The notes beneath the pieces were generated by a model. The model was not told the origin of the DNA, did not search any database, and saw only the letters and a list, made by a program, of their open reading frames with translations. Of a stretch of DNA of 56,435 nucleotides, positions 41,558 to 50,299 are shown one piece after another. The DNA comes from Christensenellaceae bacterium (lineage in GTDB: Bacteria; Bacillota; Clostridia; Christensenellales; UBA1242): contig JAISHI010000028.1 in the NCBI GenBank assembly GCA_031262595.1, forward strand, positions 1 through 56,435, written 5' to 3'. The stretch's first letter is position 1. Each line of letters begins with the position of its first letter. Both the position numbers and the translations under genes were made by a program.

Positions 41558-42843
41558 GAAAAAAGAGAAGACGCGAAAAAGGTATGGGCAGCATTTTCCA
41601 ACGCAAAGACGGCAGTTGGAGGGGCTATAAAACCGTTAATGGCGAAAGAATAAACGCTAGCGGCAAAACAAAGGAAGCAGTCCAAGAAAAGTTAGAAAAG
41701 AAATGCGACTTAAAGCCTTATATTGAAAAGAACGGCGACGAAACTTTTGGGAGTTTAATGCTTCAGTGGTCATTAAATAAAAAACAAAAAGAAGTTAAAT
41801 CTAGGACTTTTGAAGGGATACTCGCAGATTTTAATAATTATATAAAACCTAAATTGGGCAAATATAAACTGTTCGAAATAGATAGGGATATGGTAGAGGA
41901 AACAGTAGCGAACGCGACGAGGAAAACTGACGGAAGGCTTTTGGATAAGTCCACAAGGAAGTCATTGAAACAAGAAATAAGCCAATTTTTTGAGTATGCC
42001 GTAAGCAAGAAATTATGTAAGGACAACCCCGCCGATTTTGAGTTGGATTTGGCTGAAACGGAAGTTTTTGACCCTGAAAAAGAAACGTGTAAGGCGATTC
42101 CGAAAGAAAAAAGGGACGAATTTATAAGAATCCTTAAAGAGCACGACGTCTTATACCCAATGTGTCTTATGGGAATGTTCGGCGGTTTAAGAGTCGGCGA
42201 AATTTGTGGTTTAACTTGGAAACAAATTGATTTTGATAAAAATACTTTTGCAGTCTCTAAGGCTATCACCTATAAGGCGGATTTCGACGAGCAAGGGAAT
42301 GAAAAGAACAAGCATACAGTATTGTCAGTGCCAAAGACAACGGCAAGTATTAGGACCAATCCAATGCCAGATATTTTGGTTAATGCGCTAATAGAGCATA
42401 GAAATATACAATTAGAACGAGAAACAGCGACAGGTATAGATTTTACAAGCAAGAATCAGTTTGTATTTTGCACCAAAACAGGGACAATGCGAACTTATAG
42501 CGGAGCAAAGTCATTGCTGAAAAGATTTCTAGAAAAACATAATTTAAGAGAAGCAGGTTTTCTATGGCACAGGCTTCGCCATACATTTTCAAATATGCTT
42601 AGAGAAAATGGTGAGGACCCTTTAAGGATAACAAGGTTAATGGGGCAATCAAAGACCTCCACCAATTTAATTTATCAGGAGCTTGGAAACGGCGAAACTT
42701 GCCGAAGCGCCGTAGATATTTTTAACAAACTCACGGAAAAACACCAAGAAGCAAATAAGGCGAAGCCAATGCAAGAGTTTTTAGAAAGTTGGACCTTATT
42801 GGACCTTATGGGAAGAAACTTCGGCAAGCAAAGGCAGAAATAG
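41554..42843 (+). CDS. Tyrosine recombinase/integrase
   Basis: GMGSIFQRKDGSW arm domain; GLRVGE, PKT, HRLRHTF, LMGQ, LIY. Confidence 0.95.
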   Translation: MRKKRRREKGMGSIFQRKDGSWRGYKTVNGERINASGKTKEAVQEKLEKKCDLKPYIEKNGDETFGSLMLQWSLNKKQKEVKSRTFEGILADFNNYIKPKLGKYKLFEIDRDMVEETVANATRKTDGRLLDKSTRKSLKQEISQFFEYAVSKKLCKDNPADFELDLAETEVFDPEKETCKAIPKEKRDEFIRILKEHDVLYPMCLMGMFGGLRVGEICGLTWKQIDFDKNTFAVSKAITYKADFDEQGNEKNKHTVLSVPKTTASIRTNPMPDILVNALIEHRNIQLERETATGIDFTSKNQFVFCTKTGTMRTYSGAKSLLKRFLEKHNLREAGFLWHRLRHTFSNMLRENGEDPLRITRLMGQSKTSTNLIYQELGNGETCRSAVDIFNKLTEKHQEANKAKPMQEFLESWTLLDLMGRNFGKQRQK

Positions 42844-42886
42844 ACAGTAAAATAGTCCCATAAATTGGGACTATTCCTAGGTATTT

Positions 42887-42963
42887 TGGTAGGGCTAAGT
42901 GGACTTGAACCACTGACCCCCGCCTTATCAGAGCGGTGCTCTAACCAACTGAGCTATAACCCT
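42887..42963 (-). tRNA. tRNA-Ile(GAT)
   Basis: 77-nt cloverleaf AGGGTTA..CT-GAT-AA..TAGCCCTACCA. Confidence 0.97.
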
Positions 42964-43063
42964 ATATTAGTGGAACGACTTAATCTAACATATAGTTTAG
43001 GACTTTGCAATGGGAAATTTTATTATTTAAATCATATCTTGTTTATTCTACATAAAATGAAGC

Positions 43064-44785
43064 ATGGGAAACTTGGCGCCGGAAGAGGTAATTGGCGAAG
43101 AACTGCTCGCGATTTGTAAGGATGAAAACCGTAAAGATGTTTTTAAAAATCTTAAGGCGTTTTTTGAGCGCGGAGCGATTTGTAATGAGGCGTATCTAAC
43201 GGAAGCTTTATTTATACTTAAAATAAGGCTTTTCCCGGATGAAGTTTTGGATTTACTTATAACTAAAGGCGCGAATAGGAGGATAAAAAACGCGTTTAAT
43301 CATAGGCGTGGGTATTATGCCTTCGCCGAAGAACATAAAGGCTTTTATCGCGGGAAATGCAGCGTTTGGCGCGCGAGAGATCGGGTTATTATGAAACGTA
43401 TTTTGAAGGAACTCGGCAATCCGCAAGATAAAATCCCGCCGGTTCTTCATATAACGGGTTCAAATGGAAAAGGGTCTGTTTGCGGTTTTTTAGGAGGAAT
43501 TTTAGAAGCGCAAGGTTATAAAGTTCATAAGTTCCAAACGCCAGCGCTTATAAACACCAATGAAATGATAACGCTCGCCGGCGAAGTTATAAGCGACGAA
43601 AAGTTAATTTTATTAACGAGAAAGGTTATAAAAACTTACTTTAAAATAAAAGACGACCCGAAATTAATTGCGGAAATTAAAAAAGCCGACGAACTCGACG
43701 CCTCGCGCGGCAAAGTCTATACCGACCCAGTTTATGAGAATATGTTGTATTGGTGTATCCAAGTGCCGGTTATGTTTTTGGCGTTCGCGTCCGTTCCCGC
43801 GGATTTTTCGATTATAGAAGTTATCGTCGGCGGAAAAAACGATTTTACGAACGTTATAAAACCCAAAAATACGCTCGCGACAGTTTTAACGCATATCGAA
43901 TACGGTATCGGTAGCAACGACGGAACAATGCCGAAGTATCATAACGACGGAACGGTTGAGAACAGCACAGTTGCCGCCTGTTATCATAAAGCAAACCTCG
44001 GGAAACCGGGCATTCCGATGATTGCTGCGGATCAAGAACCCGATGGGCTCGCTGAGATTAGGAGAGTTGCGCGCGACGAAGTTAAAACGGAAACTTTTGA
44101 GTTTAATCGGGATTGGTTTATAAAAAACGAAACAAAAAACGATTTTACTCTTTCAATTTTTAATAAAGAAATTAAAATTCAAAAAAGTAAAACCCTTATC
44201 GGCGATTTTCAAACGAAAAATATTGCGACGGCTGCCTCGACGCTGCTTTTTTTGCGTGAGGCGGGTAAGATTAAACTCGATTTATCTTTAATTAACGATG
44301 GCATTCAAAAAACGGAAATTCCTGCCCGCCCACAAAGAGTTTATAACAGTTTTTTAAATAAGTTTTTAGGCTCTGACGTTGAAATCTTAGCGGGCGTTAT
44401 AAAATTAAACTCTCGGGGAGTTCAGCCGTTTGAGGAAGTTTTAGAAGAAAATAACGATTATACGAACTATTTTATCTATACCGCCTCCGGCAGGGTTCAA
44501 AAACACGGAACCGGCGCGCTTGCGTTTATTGAGAAATATTTTAACGACGCGTCGCGGCTTGTCCTTTATGAATATAAAGAATTCTATCGCGGTAGTATTG
44601 AAAAAGTCCGCGAGATTTTAAACGAGGAAAATATAAAATTTACTTATAAAAATTCGTTATCCAGCGCGCTAACTTTCGTTAAAAACGAGATTAAAAACGC
44701 GAAAACAAAGGCGCGCGTTATTTTATGCTGCGAATCTATGATAAACATGGATAAAAAGATTTATTACTTTTCACAAAGCAATTAG
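43064..44785 (+). CDS. Divergent FolC/Mur-ligase-like ATP-dependent ligase
   Basis: LGNPQDKIPPVLHITGSNGKGS, ILEAQGYKVH, IEVIVGG.NDFTNV, GDFQ..N. Confidence 0.7.
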   Translation: MGNLAPEEVIGEELLAICKDENRKDVFKNLKAFFERGAICNEAYLTEALFILKIRLFPDEVLDLLITKGANRRIKNAFNHRRGYYAFAEEHKGFYRGKCSVWRARDRVIMKRILKELGNPQDKIPPVLHITGSNGKGSVCGFLGGILEAQGYKVHKFQTPALINTNEMITLAGEVISDEKLILLTRKVIKTYFKIKDDPKLIAEIKKADELDASRGKVYTDPVYENMLYWCIQVPVMFLAFASVPADFSIIEVIVGGKNDFTNVIKPKNTLATVLTHIEYGIGSNDGTMPKYHNDGTVENSTVAACYHKANLGKPGIPMIAADQEPDGLAEIRRVARDEVKTETFEFNRDWFIKNETKNDFTLSIFNKEIKIQKSKTLIGDFQTKNIATAASTLLFLREAGKIKLDLSLINDGIQKTEIPARPQRVYNSFLNKFLGSDVEILAGVIKLNSRGVQPFEEVLEENNDYTNYFIYTASGRVQKHGTGALAFIEKYFNDASRLVLYEYKEFYRGSIEKVREILNEENIKFTYKNSLSSALTFVKNEIKNAKTKARVILCCESMINMDKKIYYFSQSN

Positions 44786-44871
44786 CCCCAGCATATTATT
44801 AAATAGAACCAATACTGTTCGAATACATAAATTAAAAATTTCGAACACTTTTTTAGCCGCCTACATATCGT
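44772..44871 (+). promoter_or_regulatory. Tandem sigma-K-like promoters
   Basis: CACA-16-CATATTAT (44772-44799), AACC-15-CATAAATT (44807-44833), AACA-16-CATATCGT (44844-44871). Confidence 0.5.
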
Positions 44872-44893
44872 GTTTGTAGGAGGTCAATATGTA

Positions 44894-45181
44894 ATGCTTT
44901 CAATAATTTTTTCGATTGTCGCTAGTATAACTAGCGGCATGATTCTTTTTTTATGGCAACTTAGTTTGCGGAAAAAAAGGGACGAAGATAGAAACCGTGT
45001 TAAACGAGAACACGAACAAAACAATTTGCTTTTTAAAACGATAAAAGCGATTGGCGAATTAACAGTTGCTAACAGCATCGCGCTAAAAAGCGGAAAAGCA
45101 AACGGCGAGATGCACAAAGCGATGGAGAACTACAAAAGCATAGATAAAGAAATATATGATTTCTTGCTCGGCAACGAGTAA
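44894..45181 (+). CDS. Small single-TM protein of the type found beside clostridial phage holins
   Basis: N-terminal TM, then a helical domain with ..GKANGEMHKAM; AGGAGG SD. Confidence 0.6.
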   Translation: MLSIIFSIVASITSGMILFLWQLSLRKKRDEDRNRVKREHEQNNLLFKTIKAIGELTVANSIALKSGKANGEMHKAMENYKSIDKEIYDFLLGNE

Positions 45182-45205
45182 ACAAAACAAAAAAAGGAGA
45201 AAAAA

Positions 45206-45565
45206 ATGGAGATAATTTGCGTTCCAATAATCGTTTCAATAGTTTTTGGAGCAATGCAATATTACAAAAAATATATTGCGAAATTCGAAACAGCATGGAC
45301 AAAGTTAATACCGATTTTGAGCGGATTGCTTGGCGCTGGGCTTGGCATACTTTGTTATTATGCCCTGCCAGTCATAATCCCCGCAGCAAACGCCGCAACG
45401 GCGATGTTTGTCGGGGCAGCAAGCGGACTTTCCGCAACGGGTTGCAATCAGATTTTTAAGCAACTAAAAACTGCAGGAATAACCGTAGTTGAACCTGAAA
45501 ACCCAGAAACAGAGATAGAAACAGAAGAAGAAAACGAAAATAAAATAGAAGGAGAAAAACAATGA
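45206..45565 (+). CDS. Phage holin family protein (3 TM)
   Basis: VPIIV..IPILSGLLGAGLG..VGAASGLSATGCNQIFKQL, acidic tail. Confidence 0.8.
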   Translation: MEIICVPIIVSIVFGAMQYYKKYIAKFETAWTKLIPILSGLLGAGLGILCYYALPVIIPAANAATAMFVGAASGLSATGCNQIFKQLKTAGITVVEPENPETEIETEEENENKIEGEKQ

Positions 45566-47232
45566 TAAAAAAAATAATTTTCGATTCCCTGACGTCTGAC
45601 GGCGAAAGCAGGGAAATGACGACAAGAAACTTGACTGCGGTGTTTAAACCGGGGCTTCCTAACCTTACGCGAAATAACTTTGCAATCGATGGCGCGGATA
45701 TCGTTAAAGTAGCGGTAGTATCCCATAGCGAAGAAGAATCCGTTTATAATATCGCGATAGAAAATATTACTAAGGCTAACGGGCGGTTGATTGCCGTTTC
45801 GGTTGCGCAAAGCATAAGCGAAAACTATGGCGTTTGGAATGTTAGGCGCTATGCCCCTGTTTGGGTGCGCGAAGTTAGTTGGGAGGCGCTTGAGGCTAAT
45901 GGCGCTAGCGAGGAGATAACGACAACGGAATTAACGTTAGGCTTTTCTTCCGCCGTTAATCTTTCCGAGAGCGATTTTGAAATCCCCGAGGGCGCAACCA
46001 TCGTTTCGCTCTACCCATGCGGTCATGAGTATGAGCCGCCAACAACGCCAGCAGCCGAAGAGGAAGAAGAACAAGGCGGCAACAGCAGTTTAAATTTCTT
46101 GGGTCGTTTAGTTAACGGCGTTACGAGCTTCATTGATGGAGTTAAAGATAGGATTATGCCTACCGTAAATGACCAAGATACAAGCACACCACCAGCAACA
46201 CTAACCGCTGGGCAAGAAGTTGCTAGTCTTGAAGCTGTGTTAACCAAAGAAGGAGCTGCTGAGCCAGTCCAAGAAGCACCTGCTGAGGCTGAAAAGGAAA
46301 AAGCAGCGGCAGATGCGCGCGATTCCGAGGGAAGCACTTGTTGGAAGATGGAGATTGCGCTTGATCCGGAAATCGTAAACGGAACGACGCTCACGGTTAG
46401 GCTTGCCCGCGAATGGACGACGGGCGAGGACGGCTTTATAATTACCCCAACAAGCAAAGACGTCGAAGTTTACGTTCATGTAAAGAAAAATAACTGGGTG
46501 CAAGCAACAAACTCGCGAAACACGCCTACACTTGGAAGAAGCGGTTATACCACTGTCGCTATGAGCGTTCCTTATACCGACGACAGTTTATTCGCCCATC
46601 TAGGCAATGGCGGGATTATCATAGACCAACCGGGCGATTACGAGGTTTCGATAAGTGTTTATGGCAGCGCGAATAAGGAGGGTGGTTTATACTTTACCCT
46701 CGGCAACGGAATTAGTTGGGCGGAGTATGTTTTAGAGGATGTAGTCTTTAATAGCACGAAAACCGTTATAATTCCAAACCGCACGCGAGGCATGGCGTTT
46801 AACTTACAAGCAAAATCGCAATTTAATACTACTCAATTAACAATGGACGCTGCGCAAAGTTTCATGAGCGTTAAATATCTAGGCAGAGGCATTATCGGCG
46901 CGGAATTAGAGCAAGGTGAACGTGCTATTCCGGAAAGCTTACCGAACAGGCAACAAATAACAGCGCTTAATGAAGTCGACACCGCATACGACGCAAGATT
47001 GGATACCTTAGAAGGCACCGACGCCAGCCATAGTGGTAGGCTTGAAACCCTTGAAGGCACCGATACCGCATATGACGAAAGATTAGATAACTTGGAAGGC
47101 ACCGACGCCGACCACGGGGCTAGAATCTCGGCATTAGAGGGCGACGTTGTTATTCCGGAAGAACCAGCGCAACCGCCAGCAGAAGAAGCGCCACCGCCAG
47201 CAGACGAAGCAGTGGCTGAGGCAGTTAGGTAA
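45562..47232 (+). CDS. Fibre-like protein A: two Ig-like repeats, C1q/BclA-like domain, coiled-coil repeats
   Basis: No signal peptide; ANG..TTTELTLGF repeats; GGIIIDQPGDYEVSISV; 14-aa LEGTD repeats. Confidence 0.55.
   Translation: MIKKIIFDSLTSDGESREMTTRNLTAVFKPGLPNLTRNNFAIDGADIVKVAVVSHSEEESVYNIAIENITKANGRLIAVSVAQSISENYGVWNVRRYAPVWVREVSWEALEANGASEEITTTELTLGFSSAVNLSESDFEIPEGATIVSLYPCGHEYEPPTTPAAEEEEEQGGNSSLNFLGRLVNGVTSFIDGVKDRIMPTVNDQDTSTPPATLTAGQEVASLEAVLTKEGAAEPVQEAPAEAEKEKAAADARDSEGSTCWKMEIALDPEIVNGTTLTVRLAREWTTGEDGFIITPTSKDVEVYVHVKKNNWVQATNSRNTPTLGRSGYTTVAMSVPYTDDSLFAHLGNGGIIIDQPGDYEVSISVYGSANKEGGLYFTLGNGISWAEYVLEDVVFNSTKTVIIPNRTRGMAFNLQAKSQFNTTQLTMDAAQSFMSVKYLGRGIIGAELEQGERAIPESLPNRQQITALNEVDTAYDARLDTLEGTDASHSGRLETLEGTDTAYDERLDNLEGTDADHGARISALEGDVVIPEEPAQPPAEEAPPPADEAVAEAVR
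46969..47142 (+). repeat. 42-bp tandem repeats (84-bp super-period) encoding a heptad coiled coil
   Basis: GAAGGCACCGA at 47011, 47053 and 47095; degenerate copy at 47137. Confidence 0.85.
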
Positions 47233-47249
47233 AAAGGAGGAAATGAAAA

Positions 47250-48884
47250 ATGAGAATACAAGAAATTATGTTTAGAAATCTAGAAGCAAACGGCGATACG
47301 TCGAATACAAGCACATGGGTAGATATAACCCTAGACCCGGGCTTACCTGGGCTTAAACCAAGCAACTTTGCTGTTGACGGCGCAACGAAAGTTGACGTTG
47401 TCGATAACTCGTCGGGCGCCGGAACGCAATACCGCATGACTCTTGAAAATATTACGGTTAGTAGCGGTGAGAACGTTGCCGTATCTCTTGCGAAAGCAAT
47501 AGGCGACCGTTATAAAATTATCCCAGAGCAAAACTTCGCACCTGTTTGGGTTAAAGAGATTGAATTTATCTCCGCAGATCCGAACGGCGAGAATAATATT
47601 ACGACAACCAATGAAGTTATTTTGGAATTTTCCGAAGAACTAGAAGACTTTAATAAAGATTCTTTAACGATGGAAAAGACAACTATAACTAACATGGAGC
47701 CAATAGGCGGCGTGGATCTCGTTCGGGAAGAAATTATGCGAAGAGGTGAAATAAATAGGCAACAAATATATGCATTACAACAAGAACTTCGCGAGGAAAC
47801 GGATACTGCGCGTAGAGCAGAAATACAACAAGAGTTAAGAGATTTAGAGGAAAGTCGCAGACTAATTGAAAGAAATACTTTCGCGGAATTTAAAGAAAAG
47901 GCAATGGCAACAAGTTCGTTTAGATATCGAATGACGATAGAACTTGATCATGACGTTATTAACGGCGAAATTCTTTCTATCGAACTTAACGAAGATGCTA
48001 GCCCATTCGTAATTAAACCGCGCTCACGCAAAGTTATGGTTTATGTCCGCGAAAAATTAAACACTTACGTTGAGATCGCGAACGACGAGAATAAAGTCTT
48101 AACCATTCATAATAACGATTTTACACCAATCGAGCTTACAAACCTCGTTTCGGACGATAGCAAGTATGCCCATGCGGCGGAAGGCGGAATTGTGTTTGAC
48201 GTCGACGGCGATTATGAAATTACCGCAACCGTTCAATTCTTAGCAGGCAAAGACGGAAGGATTACCTTCGCGATAGATGAGGATAAATGGACTTGCATGG
48301 GCTCTACGAGTTCGCTCGTAACGACAACCCGAACCTTTATTAAACCGGCTTGCTCATCGGGCGACGTTTATAACCTTACCGCGAAATCGCAAGAGGATAA
48401 TACGACGATTACAATGACGGATCCAAAACAAACCTATTTCGTTGTTCGCCGAATCGAGAAAGAAGCGCCAAAAACGGAAGTTGCATTAACCGAAAGCCGC
48501 GCTGAGTTTATGGACCTTGAGGGCAAATATACAACGGCAGGCAAAATCCGATACTTCGAATTGAAAAATAATTGGGCTCCTTATAATACTTCGATCAAAG
48601 TCCATGCTGTTTGGAGAGACGAAGACGGCAATACCCAAATAAAGGAATTTACGTTCAGCAAAACAATCCACGAAAATCAAACTAAAAAGGAAGACCTCGC
48701 CGACGCAAAAATCCCAGAAGGCGCAGAAATTCAATTTGGGCTTGACGTTCATGCCGGCGCGGATGTTCAAGAAACGGAAACATTCACCTATTCGCCATCG
48801 TCAACAAAAACCGCGAAATACGAAATTAGCCACGGAACAGTCAACATCATCAATATATCCTACGAAGGGATTATTTCGGACTAA
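47250..48884 (+). CDS. Fibre-like protein B, paralogue of A with a different C-terminal beta domain
   Basis: Shared PGLP.L...NFA.DGA, APVWV and GGI....GDYE; AAGGAGG SD; terminator 48919-48943. Confidence 0.55.
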   Translation: MRIQEIMFRNLEANGDTSNTSTWVDITLDPGLPGLKPSNFAVDGATKVDVVDNSSGAGTQYRMTLENITVSSGENVAVSLAKAIGDRYKIIPEQNFAPVWVKEIEFISADPNGENNITTTNEVILEFSEELEDFNKDSLTMEKTTITNMEPIGGVDLVREEIMRRGEINRQQIYALQQELREETDTARRAEIQQELRDLEESRRLIERNTFAEFKEKAMATSSFRYRMTIELDHDVINGEILSIELNEDASPFVIKPRSRKVMVYVREKLNTYVEIANDENKVLTIHNNDFTPIELTNLVSDDSKYAHAAEGGIVFDVDGDYEITATVQFLAGKDGRITFAIDEDKWTCMGSTSSLVTTTRTFIKPACSSGDVYNLTAKSQEDNTTITMTDPKQTYFVVRRIEKEAPKTEVALTESRAEFMDLEGKYTTAGKIRYFELKNNWAPYNTSIKVHAVWRDEDGNTQIKEFTFSKTIHENQTKKEDLADAKIPEGAEIQFGLDVHAGADVQETETFTYSPSSTKTAKYEISHGTVNIINISYEGIISD

Positions 48885-48956
48885 ACCGAAAACTATTTCG
48901 AAAAATTACAACAAAAATAAAGGCGACCCAAAAAGTCGTCTTTGTTTAATGAAGAG

Positions 48957-50009
48957 TTATTTTTTCTTTGCAATTTCCATTTGTTTAATAAATTGGTCAT
49001 AATCACTTTCAAAGAGTTTATCCTGTATTGGACGATATTTTTCAAATTCGCCCAATGCTTTCTCGTCTGCAAGTTCTCGTGAAATCATGCCTGCGTGCGC
49101 GAGAATATTTTTGTTGTTAAGCGATAACGCCATATCGAGGTGTTTTGCCCACGATTCCATATCCATAGGGATATGTTGCCTTGCACGCTCCTCGGCGAAA
49201 TCTAAATAACCCGAAACGATAAGTTCGAGGCTTGTCAATTCTTCTTGCGTGAGGTAATTCTTTGCAATAGTGACATCGCTTTTAACAATCTTGCCGTGTG
49301 GACTTTGCTCCCAAGTGGTTAAGCCCATGTGCTCTTTATTCGCATCGGCTCGGTTATAAATGAGTTCAGGTGCAGTATGTTTTGTTATGGCATATTCCAT
49401 TTTGTTTTGAACTTTTTTGAAAAAATCTTGCGTGGTTTTTGCATCTTTATTGTAATCGAATGCCGTTGCATAAATATCCGTAATCTTTTGCCAAAATCTG
49501 CGTTCACTCAACCGAATTTCTCGTATCTCTTCAAGCAAGTGGTCAAAGTAATCTTCTCCAAAGAAAGTCCCGTTTTCTAACCGCTTTTTGTCTAACACAT
49601 AACCACGCACAACATACTTTTTCAATACACTTGTCGCCCATTGCCTAAACGCAATCGCTCTATCGCTATTTACACGATACCCAACGGCAATAACTCCGTC
49701 AAGATTGTAAAACATTTTATTGCGTGTAACTGTGCGAGAACCCTCTTGCCCAACTGTTTCCATTTTGGAAACAGTTGCCGTTTCATCAAGTTCTTTGTCC
49801 TCAAAAATATTCTTCAAATGTTTGGAAATATCCGCTTTTTGAACATCGTAAAGTTTGGCAAGTAAATCTTGCGTAAGCCAAACATTTCCGTCTTGAACTC
49901 GAACTTCAACACCGTCATCACCGCCCGTTTGTTTAACGAATATTAAAAACTCCGCCGTAGAGTTGCGTATAACAATCTCATTCTTTTTGTTGACGTCCTC
50001 TTTTTTCAT
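48957..50009 (-). CDS. Virulence RhuM family protein
   Basis: IRNSTAEFLIF, WLTQ..LY, YNLD.IAVGYRVNS, EIREIRLSERRF.QKITDIYA, MGLTTW. Confidence 0.92.
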   Translation of the reverse strand: MKKEDVNKKNEIVIRNSTAEFLIFVKQTGGDDGVEVRVQDGNVWLTQDLLAKLYDVQKADISKHLKNIFEDKELDETATVSKMETVGQEGSRTVTRNKMFYNLDGVIAVGYRVNSDRAIAFRQWATSVLKKYVVRGYVLDKKRLENGTFFGEDYFDHLLEEIREIRLSERRFWQKITDIYATAFDYNKDAKTTQDFFKKVQNKMEYAITKHTAPELIYNRADANKEHMGLTTWEQSPHGKIVKSDVTIAKNYLTQEELTSLELIVSGYLDFAEERARQHIPMDMESWAKHLDMALSLNNKNILAHAGMISRELADEKALGEFEKYRPIQDKLFESDYDQFIKQMEIAKKK

Positions 50010-50125
50010 TATTATCTCCTTAACGTTGCTATAATATTAACAAAGATTACTGAAGAATGAAAATAAAAAAATACAAAGCCCGAATGAGTTTAGTGAAAGT
50101 TAAAAATCGCCGAAAGGCGATTCTT

Positions 50126-50201
50126 TGGTGATCCGCCCGCGACTCGAACGCGGGACAACATCATTAAAAGTGATGTGCTCTACCAACTGAGCTAGCGGAC
50201 C
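50126..50201 (-). tRNA. tRNA-Lys(TTT)
   Basis: 76-nt cloverleaf GGTCCGC..CT-TTT-AA..GCGGATCACCA; terminator 50102-50125. Confidence 0.97.
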
Positions 50202-50299
50202 ACGATAACTTCGTTATTATATCATAAAGCGCGCGCTTGTCAACCGCAAAAATAACAAAAAACGCCGTTTTCTTGGCGTCTCTTGTTATTTTATTGTTG

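Larger units (their letters stand above)
35759..42936. mobile_element. Integrative element (IME/satellite-like) inserted in tRNA-Ile
   Basis: att repeats at both ends, tyrosine integrase, Xis, HUH Rep, AT-rich codon usage. Confidence 0.92.

Noticed and set aside
42865-43119. 84-aa ORF; also 50164-50526 and ORFs within 54701-55738
   Set aside because: They overlap tRNA, rRNA or a better-supported gene and are spurious.
44894-50009. Prophage remnant between tRNA-Ile and tRNA-Lys
   Set aside because: No att duplication of tRNA-Lys, no structural, packaging or endolysin genes, and no pseudogene debris; RhuM alone does not define a prophage.
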